Shown: positions 50,849 through 64,000 of the stretch, piece by piece
How the letters are laid out: each line of letters starts with the position of its first letter
Position numbering within the stretch: position 1 is the first letter of the stretch
Assembly (NCBI GenBank): GCA_044356295.1
Contig: JBIKWN010000002.1
Span: 32,001-96,000, forward strand
DNA: 64,000 bases
Reading direction: 5' to 3'
From: Bdellovibrionota bacterium
GTDB lineage: Bacteria > Bdellovibrionota_C > UBA2361 > JBIKWN01
The notes under the pieces: model-generated
The model's input: the letters and a program-made list of their open reading frames with translations, nothing else
Told to the model about the DNA's origin: nothing
Databases searched by the model: none
Made by a program: the position numbers and the translations under genes

Positions 50849-51175
50849 GGTACCGTGAAAATCATCGCCTTTGTTCAAGGTCCAAAAGAAGTAAAAAGCA
50901 TTCTCATATCAGTAGGCCTTCCGGACTTTGAATCCCTGGTGCAGTTGAACACCACAGGGTAGCTCTATCCAAAAATTCCAAATATGATCCAATGAAGATT
51001 CTTCTGGGAAGGATATTGCGGCATTTCGCCCCAGTTAGCCATTGTTCAAGGGACAACTTTAACTCTCATTAATCCAATAGCAATGAACTCCGTGCTAATG
51101 AGGCTTCGAAAAAAATATGGAGTGGTCTCTTTAAGCGTTCCAAATCAATTCTTTAGGCATCTATTTTTCCTACCC
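50849..51175 (+). mobile_element. Remnant of an IS91/ISCR-family element (transposase C-terminus plus oriIS-like end)
   Basis: Translates GTVKIIAFVQGPKEVKSILISVGLP (compare IS91-family G.MKIIAFI.DP..I..IL.HLGLP). GGCATCTATTTTTCCTACCC lies 213 bp after the stop. Confidence 0.5.
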
Positions 51176-51177
51176 TT

Positions 51178-51365
51178 GAGGTTCAACGAGTATCAAAAAA
51201 AGATTTATTTATAGTTATAAATGTCTGACCAGACGATCAAGGTAAAGATAAAGGGATATTGTTCAAGTGGAATATAACTGCTCATACATTTTATGCATGC
51301 TGATGAATGGAAACAGCATTTTTTAGGTTATTGGATATACTGGCGATTATTATTGGTTTTTTCCG
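51178..51365 (+). pseudogene. 3' fragment of a methyltransferase paralog (stop and frameshifts)
   Basis: EVQRVSKKDLFIVINV*..KWNITAHT/MHADEWKQ/IGYTGDYYWFFP versus the 45910 C-terminus. Confidence 0.8.
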
Positions 51366-51490
51366 ACTAACTAGCAGATTTTATTCAAGTAGTTTGAGCT
51401 CTTAGTTATTCTAAAAAAAGGAAAATCTTGGCTCTTTCTATGCATCTTATAAGACTTAGTCGAAGCGTCGTGAATCTTCAAAAAATTACT

Positions 51491-52804
51491 ATGGAATTAC
51501 AATTAGACATTGAAGAGTGGAATAGGACTCCAGAAGCAGTTAGAAACTTCACAGCAACTATCCTTAAAGAATTTTCTACTTTATCCCAGGTCATCACAAG
51601 TGAGCGTCAAGCTCATGCAAGACTTCTCTGTAATCTACTAAAAATTCTTCCAGAAACAAATAAAAGAAATCAGATTCCAAATAAGGAGCCAAATAGGCAA
51701 GTAGTACTTGTTTCAGACCGCCCCTCTACTCGTCTTGCAAAGATTGCATACGGACTTACTCAAGCTGGACTGGAAGTTATTCTTTTATACAGAGATGAGC
51801 TGGATTTTAATTTTGATTTTTTTTCAGCTCAATATCAATATTCATCACCAGCTGAAGCAGTTTTATTAGCATCGCTCTTTAGTCCCATTACATTTCATGT
51901 TTTTTCAAGCGGAAATTTCGATACAGCTATTCAATTAATAAATGCAAAAGTCGGGAAAATTACGTTTGATAACTATGATCAGTTTGGCGGAATGATACTT
52001 CCAATACAAGAACAGCAAGTACACATCCAAAAAATGATTCAACAGGAAAAATACTGTCTCGAGAATGCTGATGCAATTTGTAACCGCGCACTTAGTCTTC
52101 AAATAGCAAAGAAGCAACTTAAGTATCAAACCTCAAAGCATCAGATTTTTTTTCCTGAGTATTGTTGGGATAAGGCATTTAGGCTGACCCCAAAACTAAC
52201 AGACGGCATTCATGTTGTTTTTGCTGGAAATTTCTCTGCTAAAGATTTTTATTCAAATCCAAGCATCGGTATTTTTGATAAAGCATTTATCGAAAGTCTT
52301 ACTTCAAGAGGTATTCACTACCATCTTTACCCCCCTAAAAGTCCAAATGAAGATGAATATCAAAGAGAATATAAGGACTATATACAATTAAGTAATACAA
52401 ATAAGTTTTTTCATTTTCACCGATTTGTTCCACCTGAAGAACTTCTTACTGAAATTTCACAATATCACATTGGCATCTCATCTCGCTCTAAACATGCAAT
52501 CAACTATGGAGATGTTTTCTACAATACTAATGCTATGAAGTATTTTTGTGCGAACAAGGCCTTTGATTATCTTGATGCAGGCTTAGAGATTATTTTTGGA
52601 GGGGCACAATTAATGGAATGGCTCTTAAAACGAAGTGCAGGTTGTCGAGCTTTATGGTCCGATGATATTGGCCCTCATCTCGCTCAGAAAGATATAACTC
52701 ACTTTACCAATGAATCATGTACTAAGAGAATTTCAGACGGGAGAAAAAAACTTTCTATCTCTTCCCAAATTCCTCGCTTAATTTCATTTTATGAATCGCT
52801 ATAG
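51491..52804 (+). CDS. GT-B-like hypothetical protein, copy 2 of 3
   Basis: Paralog of 46743; ATG at 51491 aligns with the paralog starts. Confidence 0.6.
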   Translation: MELQLDIEEWNRTPEAVRNFTATILKEFSTLSQVITSERQAHARLLCNLLKILPETNKRNQIPNKEPNRQVVLVSDRPSTRLAKIAYGLTQAGLEVILLYRDELDFNFDFFSAQYQYSSPAEAVLLASLFSPITFHVFSSGNFDTAIQLINAKVGKITFDNYDQFGGMILPIQEQQVHIQKMIQQEKYCLENADAICNRALSLQIAKKQLKYQTSKHQIFFPEYCWDKAFRLTPKLTDGIHVVFAGNFSAKDFYSNPSIGIFDKAFIESLTSRGIHYHLYPPKSPNEDEYQREYKDYIQLSNTNKFFHFHRFVPPEELLTEISQYHIGISSRSKHAINYGDVFYNTNAMKYFCANKAFDYLDAGLEIIFGGAQLMEWLLKRSAGCRALWSDDIGPHLAQKDITHFTNESCTKRISDGRKKLSISSQIPRLISFYESL

Positions 52805-52859
52805 TCTCACTGTAATTATAATCAAGCATTACTAGTATTATTTGTTAATCCGGTAAAGA

Positions 52860-53084
52860 ATGGCTGAGAAAAAAACTGATTTTTAAATTGCGACACAGAC
52901 ATACACATAGATTGATGTTTTAAAAAAGATTCTTCTATCGTTATAAATGCATAGAGAGATGACCACGAGAAAGAAAAACTTCTTCAATAGAACATTGCCG
53001 CCCAAACCCATATGCATATAGATGGGTGGGAGCTACTTTTTAAGGATATTGGGTTTAATTGTGATTTCTACTGATTTTTCCTAG
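52860..53084 (+). pseudogene. Internally deleted methyltransferase paralog
   Basis: MAE start, then VFKKDSSIVINA*RDDHEKEKLLQ*NIAAQTHMHIDGWELLFKDIGFNCDFY*FF. Confidence 0.8.
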
Positions 53085-53205
53085 TAACTAGCTGATATTA
53101 TACATTTAATATCCTTATTCTTTACAATCAGAAAGAGGAAGATTTCGGTTTCTTAGTCGCATCTTATACATCTGTAGTCTAAATATCCCGAATCTCTGAA
53201 ATATT

Positions 53206-54558
53206 ATGGTCAATATAGAAATTGAAATCTGGAATGCCACTCCAGAAGTTGTTCAACATGCTATCGTTAGAATTGCCGAAGAACTTTCAGCAACGTGTCA
53301 AGTTCTTGCTAGTGAGCGAGAAATACAAACAAGACTAAGTCAACAGATAGAAGTTCTCAAAAAACAAAATCAGCAGGTAATTAATCTAACGAAGACGCTC
53401 CAAGAAGTAATTAAAAAAAATCAGTCTCCAAAACAAGAAAAAAATAAACAGGTAGTCTTAGTATCAGACTATCCACCTCCTCGTCTTGCAAAGATTGCAT
53501 ATGGTCTGACACAGGCTGGTTGGGAGGTTATACTTCTTTATAAAGACAAACTTGAATACGATATATCTTTTTTTTCAGCTATATACCAGTATACAACAGC
53601 CGAAGAAGCCGTTCTTCTCGCCTCACTGTTTAGTCCAGTGACCTATCATGTCTTTTCAAGCTGGAATTACGATACAGCTATTCGATTAATCGACGCAAAG
53701 ATTGGGAAAATTACTTTTGACAATTACGACCAATTTGGCGGTATGATGCTGTCTAAATGGGAACAAATTGAGCACTATCAAAATTTAACCAAAGAAGAGA
53801 AGTATTGCATCGAAAATGCTGATGCAATTTGTAACCGAGCACTGAGTCTTCAAGTTGCAAAGAGACAACTAAATTATAAACTGACTAAACCCCGGATTTT
53901 CTTTCCTGACTACTGTTGGGATAAAAGCTTCACACTAAAACCGAAATTAACCGACGGAATACATGTAGTCTTTCCAGGTAATTTTTCTACTGAACAATTC
54001 CATGCTTCGCCAAGTCTTAGTATTTTTGATAAAGAATTTATTGAAAGTCTTTCGGCGAGAAAAATTCACTACCATATTTATCCATCTTTAGTCACAAATA
54101 ATGAGGTAGAATTTCAAGAAAGATATAAAGACTTTATAGAATTGAGTAATACAAATAAATTTTTCCATTTTCACCATTACATTCCACCTGAAGAGTTAAT
54201 ATCAGAAATATCCCAATATCATGTTGGCATAACATCGCGGTCTAAGATTTCTTGCGAACGAGGGGATACATTCAATAACCCTTCAGCTATGAAGTATTTT
54301 TGTTCAAACAAAGCTTTTGATTTCCTAGATGCTGGATTAGATGTTATTTTTGGTGGCTCTCAGTTAATGGAATGGTTACTTAAGCGAAGCGCAGGTTGTC
54401 ATGGAGCGCTATCAGAAGATATAGGACCAATTCTAGAACAAAAGACGGTCGATGATTATAAGAGTGAAGGATTTGAGAAACAGATTTCCGATGGTCGAAA
54501 AAAACTATCAATTTCACGACATATTCCCCGCTTAATTTCATTTTATGAATCAATTTAG
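53206..54558 (+). CDS. GT-B-like hypothetical protein, copy 3 of 3
   Basis: Paralog of 46743 and 51491; ends IPRLISFYES. Confidence 0.6.
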   Translation: MVNIEIEIWNATPEVVQHAIVRIAEELSATCQVLASEREIQTRLSQQIEVLKKQNQQVINLTKTLQEVIKKNQSPKQEKNKQVVLVSDYPPPRLAKIAYGLTQAGWEVILLYKDKLEYDISFFSAIYQYTTAEEAVLLASLFSPVTYHVFSSWNYDTAIRLIDAKIGKITFDNYDQFGGMMLSKWEQIEHYQNLTKEEKYCIENADAICNRALSLQVAKRQLNYKLTKPRIFFPDYCWDKSFTLKPKLTDGIHVVFPGNFSTEQFHASPSLSIFDKEFIESLSARKIHYHIYPSLVTNNEVEFQERYKDFIELSNTNKFFHFHHYIPPEELISEISQYHVGITSRSKISCERGDTFNNPSAMKYFCSNKAFDFLDAGLDVIFGGSQLMEWLLKRSAGCHGALSEDIGPILEQKTVDDYKSEGFEKQISDGRKKLSISRHIPRLISFYESI

Positions 54559-54605
54559 TCAATTTAATTCATTTTCTAGAATAACGAAAAGTGTAACGAT
54601 ACAGC

Positions 54606-55271
54606 ATGGCTGAAATAAATCTACTAGATCTCTATCCTCGTTCCAAACGCCCAATCGAAGAGCGTGGTCAACAAATTACAGAAACCCATCGTGATATAGC
54701 TCGAAAGTTTGGAGTAGAATATTTTGATGGAGACCGGCTCACAGGTTACGGTGGATACAAGTATCATCCTCGATTCTGGCAGGATACTGTTAAGCGATTC
54801 AGAGACTACTATAATTTACAACCTAATGCTCGAGTGCTTGATATTGGCTGTGCTAAAGGCTTTATGCTGCATGATTTTAAAGAACTCATGCCCGATCTTG
54901 ATATAACCGGAATTGATATTTCAGATTATGCTTATCAAAACTCACTTGAAAGTGTGCGTCCTTATTTACAAGTTGGAAATGCTACTTCTTTACCGTTTGC
55001 CGACAACTCCTTTGATTTAGTAATTTGCATTAACACTGTTCACAATCTACCTCTTGAACAATGCAAAACTGCCTTGCGTGAAATTCAAAGAGTTACAAAA
55101 AATAATTCCTTTGTAACGATGGATGCATGGCGAAACGATCAAGAAAAACTATCACTCATGAAATGGAACCTTACTGCACTCACCTATATGCATGTCGATG
55201 AGTGGAAGAAGTTATTTAAAGATATTGGATATGAGGGTGATTACTACTGGTTTATTGCTGAATCAGCGTAA
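54606..55271 (+). CDS. Class I SAM-dependent methyltransferase
   Basis: EYFDGDRLTGYGGY, LDIGCAKGF, LPFADNSFDLV. Confidence 0.88.
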   Translation: MAEINLLDLYPRSKRPIEERGQQITETHRDIARKFGVEYFDGDRLTGYGGYKYHPRFWQDTVKRFRDYYNLQPNARVLDIGCAKGFMLHDFKELMPDLDITGIDISDYAYQNSLESVRPYLQVGNATSLPFADNSFDLVICINTVHNLPLEQCKTALREIQRVTKNNSFVTMDAWRNDQEKLSLMKWNLTALTYMHVDEWKKLFKDIGYEGDYYWFIAESA

Positions 55272-55291
55272 CCTATCTCTTTCCATAAAAC

Positions 55292-56680
55292 TTAAAAAAT
55301 CTTGCCTGGATTCAAAATCCCCTTAGGATCAAATGCACTCTTAATTTGCCTCATCAAAGAAATTTCATGTTGCGTTCTTGACATCATTAAGTATGGCTTT
55401 CGAAGCAGTCCAATACCATGCTCCGCCGAAATACTTCCGCCGAATTTAGAAACAAGCGAAAATACTTTTTCATCAGCTTGTTGACATAGCGTATGAAATG
55501 CCTCGAGTGACATAGTATTCGGTTTAATAAGTGAAACGTGCAAATTTCCATCACCTATATGACCAAAATAGAATGCAGTACACTCTTGAAAATAACAGCT
55601 TAAAAGTAACCGAATTTCATAAATTAACCCTGCAAATAATTGTACTGGACCAGAAATATCATACTTATGTGGAAAGAAATTTGCTCGTATTGATTCTGAG
55701 ATAGCATCTCGATATTCATACAAATCAGAGACATGCTTTACACTCTCAGCAATTACAACATCCTGTAAAATGCCTACCTCTAAACTTTCAGAAAAAACAT
55801 CCTGTGCTTTATCTTTTTGAATAACATCCGTGGCTTCGAAGTCAATCAAGCAATAATGAGGATATGATTTTGAAAATGGTTCTCTTTTCTTTTTATGTTT
55901 AATGACTACCTGCATTGAAGCATCATCAATATACTCAAATACATTAATTGGAATCCCTTTTTTATTAAACGCAGCAAGAATTCCAAAAAATCTCTCACTT
56001 TGGTTGGCAGCAATTAAAGCAACTACTGACTCTTTAGGTTTTGGTCGAAGTCGAACAGTAACTTCCACAATGACGCCAAGTGTACCCTCTGAACCAATAA
56101 ATAAGTGCCTAAAATCGTAACCTGTTTGGTTCTTTATCAGCTCGCCGTTTAATGAGAGTACTTCACCATTTGCCAGTACAACCTTTAATCCAACTATCCA
56201 ATCACGCGTTACTCCATGTCGGATTACTCGGATACCTCCTGCGTTGGTGGCAGCATTTCCTCCTATCTGACTTGAACCTTTACTTGCTATATCAACGCCA
56301 AAAAAAAGACCTTCCAGTTCGGCTTTTTTTTGTATTGATTCTGTTGTTACGCCTGCTTGGCAGGTAAGAAGTGAGGACTCCTCAGAAAAAGATAAGATCT
56401 TATTCATACGAGACAAAGACAGTATAACTTCTTTGTTGGTAGCGGTTGCTCCACCGCTGTATCCTGTTCTCCCACCTGACGGGACAACTGGTATGCCACG
56501 TTCATTACAGGCAGCTAAAACTTTAGAAACTTCTTCAATCGTTTGCGGAAAAATGACTACTGATGGATTCGCGACAAACTCTTTACATGCATCTTGCCCA
56601 TAATACAGTAAATCTGTTGGTTCAAATGAAATAGAATCTAAAGGCAATAGCTGTTGTAAGAAAGTCAAATCAGTATTCAT
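55292..56680 (-). CDS. FAD-linked oxidase (GlcD / D-2-hydroxyacid dehydrogenase family)
   Basis: PSGGRTG.SGG, IGGNAATNAGG, GSEGTLG, GHIGDGNLH, SAEHGIG, DPKGILNPGK. Confidence 0.9.
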   Translation of the reverse strand: MNTDLTFLQQLLPLDSISFEPTDLLYYGQDACKEFVANPSVVIFPQTIEEVSKVLAACNERGIPVVPSGGRTGYSGGATATNKEVILSLSRMNKILSFSEESSLLTCQAGVTTESIQKKAELEGLFFGVDIASKGSSQIGGNAATNAGGIRVIRHGVTRDWIVGLKVVLANGEVLSLNGELIKNQTGYDFRHLFIGSEGTLGVIVEVTVRLRPKPKESVVALIAANQSERFFGILAAFNKKGIPINVFEYIDDASMQVVIKHKKKREPFSKSYPHYCLIDFEATDVIQKDKAQDVFSESLEVGILQDVVIAESVKHVSDLYEYRDAISESIRANFFPHKYDISGPVQLFAGLIYEIRLLLSCYFQECTAFYFGHIGDGNLHVSLIKPNTMSLEAFHTLCQQADEKVFSLVSKFGGSISAEHGIGLLRKPYLMMSRTQHEISLMRQIKSAFDPKGILNPGKIF

Positions 56681-56758
56681 AATTCATACATCTGCGATCT
56701 ATAATAAAAGAAGCTTCGCTTATGTTATATCTTCTCAATAGAAGATTAGAAGATATGA

Positions 56759-57421
56759 TTATACCAAATACTGCGTTGGATCCTTGATATGAGCCAATTG
56801 AAAAGCCTCTTTCCGTTCAACACACGTACCACACTGTCCACAATGAACTTCACCACCCTCATAGCAACTCCAAGTAATCTTATATGGTACCGAAAGTTTA
56901 GTGCCACATTCGACGATTTTGCTCTTGGTCTGACTATCAAAAGGAGAGATAAGCTCAATAGATTCCCAATCGCATAACTTAAATGCGTCTCTCATTGCTT
57001 GTATAAAAGAAATTCTGCAATCTGGATAAAGTGTGTGATCACCTGCGTGAGCTGCGTATGCAATATTTTGAGCCTTTAAAGAAACTGCAAGTGCACCCGC
57101 GAGTGATAAGAATACCATATTTCTATTTGGAACCACGGTGCTTTTCATAGATTCATCAGTATAATGTCCATGTGGAATCACCTTATCAAGTGATGTTAAC
57201 GAACTACCAGAGAACAACGAAGCGACACTCGATATATCAGCTATGTGATGTTTAATATCAAAATATGTAGCAATTTCTTGTGAAGCTATAATTTCTTTCT
57301 TATGTCTTTGACCATACAAAATTGAAAGCGCGGTAACTTCATGACCCTGTGATTTCAACAATCCAACTAACGTTGTCGAATCGAGTCCACCACTTAGTAG
57401 AACTATTGTTTTCTGACTCAT
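56759..57421 (-). CDS. queC: 7-cyano-7-deazaguanine synthase
   Basis: LSGGLDS, YGQRH, VPNRN, YPDCR, TWSCY, HCGQCGTC. Confidence 0.95.
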   Translation of the reverse strand: MSQKTIVLLSGGLDSTTLVGLLKSQGHEVTALSILYGQRHKKEIIASQEIATYFDIKHHIADISSVASLFSGSSLTSLDKVIPHGHYTDESMKSTVVPNRNMVFLSLAGALAVSLKAQNIAYAAHAGDHTLYPDCRISFIQAMRDAFKLCDWESIELISPFDSQTKSKIVECGTKLSVPYKITWSCYEGGEVHCGQCGTCVERKEAFQLAHIKDPTQYLV

Positions 57422-57461
57422 CTTTATTTTTATTTATGAGTTTATAGCTTAAGAATTTTAT

Positions 57462-57500
57462 AAAAAAAAAGCCCTGATAATTGTTTCCAATTATCAGGGC
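57462..57500 (-). terminator. Rho-independent terminator of the rRNA operon
   Basis: 13-bp stem GCCCTGATAATTG, GAAA loop and U9 tail on the minus strand. Confidence 0.85.
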
Positions 57501-57504
57501 AAAA

Positions 57505-57616
57505 ACCTGGCAACGACCTACTTTCCCGGGAGATCCCAGTATCATCGGCGCAGAAGAGCTTAACTACCGTGTTCGGAATGGGAACGGGTGTGACCTCTTC
57601 GCGATAATCACCAGAC
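57505..57616 (-). rRNA. rrf: 5S rRNA
   Basis: Conserved CCCGTTCCCATTCCGAACACGG and GCCGATGATACTG on the minus strand. Confidence 0.93.
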
Positions 57617-58009
57617 TAAATAAGTTCGAAAACTGATTTAGTCAGATGACTTTCAATAACTATTTACCAAACTCAGCTTCAAGCATGGGTCCAGGGCAAA
57701 GCCCTGGTTTGCAAGCGACTAGCGCAGCAAAGGGCCTGAGCGCCGAGCGGGCAATCCGGCTATCGGTAGAAAATGTCTTGTCGATCGTAATTCGCGTTTC
57801 TTGAATCTTAATTCCCGAGCGCATCAAGAATCTTTTTATTAAAAAAGATTACAAATAATTCACTCACAAATGTTTTGCTTCGAACGATTTAGAAGCAAAA
57901 CCTTTTCTCTACGTCGATGCAACCCATCAAGATTGCAGACCTTGCAACGCTATCAATCACAACAACCGAAGTTGTCACTTTATCAATCGCACAAATAAGA
58001 AAAGTAAAA

Positions 58010-61360
<3,351 letters not shown>

Positions 61361-62077
61361 TTTATATCTATGAGCTATTAAGCTGATCCTCTAATTTGGA
61401 TAAATCCAAATTGAGTTCTCAACTCTTTGTTTCCTAAGAAACAAAGAAAATATTCGTAACGATCATCACTTTCTTTTCAGACATAGTCTTAAAGAAAATA
61501 TGATTCGCCTTGATGCGCTCGAGAATTTTGACTCAAGAAAAATTGCTGTATCGCCCTAAAATTTAGAAGTCATCACACGACTAAATTTTCGATACAGAAT
61601 TGTCTTAAAATTATTCTCGGACAAGACATCTTCTACCCATAACCAAATTGTAAACGATCACAATTCCTACTTTTTAACTATGCAAACTTCACATAGCGAA
61701 TAAATAGAAAAATCTTTTAAACTTTCGTAAAAAAGAAATTGATGAAATGCGATCATCGATAGAAGCCTCAACTAAGAAACATAGCAATTAACATTGGTAA
61801 CAAAATAATTCTCTTTCAAGAACTACCTTGAGAGTTTATCCAATGTGCGTTGAATGATTTGACTCATTCAACATCGAAATCTACGGCGGAAGCCGTAAAC
61901 TCGAAAACTGTTTAAGGGTCTTAAACGTTATCAATATCGAACAAGTTATTAATCAGCCTTACCTTGTTGCAAAATTGTGTATTTCTACACTGGAAAAACC
62001 AACCGATTTGATGGAAAGAGTATTACCCCACATCATCAATCTATCGCCTTTCGGCGTAGGTTTTTCATTTGCTCCAT

Positions 62078-63599
<1,522 letters not shown>

Positions 63600-64000
63600 A
63601 ATAATAATTGCTATGTATTCACATAAATTTTTTGAAACTGTCTTAATAATTGTTTCGTTCTTTCAAACGAAACGCTCGGATATTGATTATAAAGAAAATT
63701 GACTAAAGGGTTAACAAGAAAGAATAAATTCGATCTTGCCACCTTAGTTTAATTAACTTAACGTTTAAACCGTCGAACGATTTCTCGTTCGGCTTGACTT
63801 GTATATGTTTAAAAACTCTTACGAATCTTCAAACAACTACTACATCGTCTTAAACAATCTTAGTTGTGACTTCTACCCATAACCGAATTGTGTCCCACTC
63901 TTAAAGTCCTTGCGAATTTTAAGACGAAAAAGCCATATCCAATAAATCAATTTGGCAATTGCCTAGCTGACTTTCGGTTCACCATTCCTCGAAGCTTTCA

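Noticed and set aside
52860..53084. In-frame TAG/TGA at conserved Trp positions, suggesting stop-codon recoding
   Set aside because: Intact genes use TGG for Trp and end normally at TAG/TGA. The fragment is also internally deleted, so simple G-to-A decay explains it.
57505..57616. Slightly short 5S rRNA (short helix IV)
   Set aside because: It is within normal lineage variation.

Overview
AT-rich bacterial chromosomal window with four parts. (1) 1-14.5 kb: an apparently accessory NAD-metabolism cluster. It holds isocitrate/isopropylmalate dehydrogenase, a GH99/WbsX-like protein, an aldehyde dehydrogenase, PncA, a tandem Lrp regulator, a TIM-barrel-like protein, PncB, glutamine-dependent NadE, a Nudix-NadD fusion and a 929-aa protein with two degenerate Nudix domains. 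Three of its proteins end in ssrA-like LAA/VAA/IAA. (2) 14.6-20.2 kb: housekeeping genes (LOG family, rnhB, YraN, pdxH, cmoA, TrmJ family). (3) 20.2-55.3 kb: a large surface-polysaccharide locus. It contains WbpB/E/D, AsnB, epimerases, HldE/GmhA-like genes and a block of ThDP, aldolase and methyltransferase genes that probably makes a branched or higher-carbon sugar. It ends in a tandemly amplified [methyltransferase + GT-like] unit with decayed copies, interrupted by a cassette carrying IS91/ISCR-like footprints. (4) 55.3-64 kb: an FAD oxidase, queC and a minus-strand 16S-23S-5S operon with no spacer tRNAs. Its 23S gene carries a 408-nt ORF-less group I intron just after the P-loop (after about E. 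coli U2262). All calls come from reading motifs by eye; no database searches were run.
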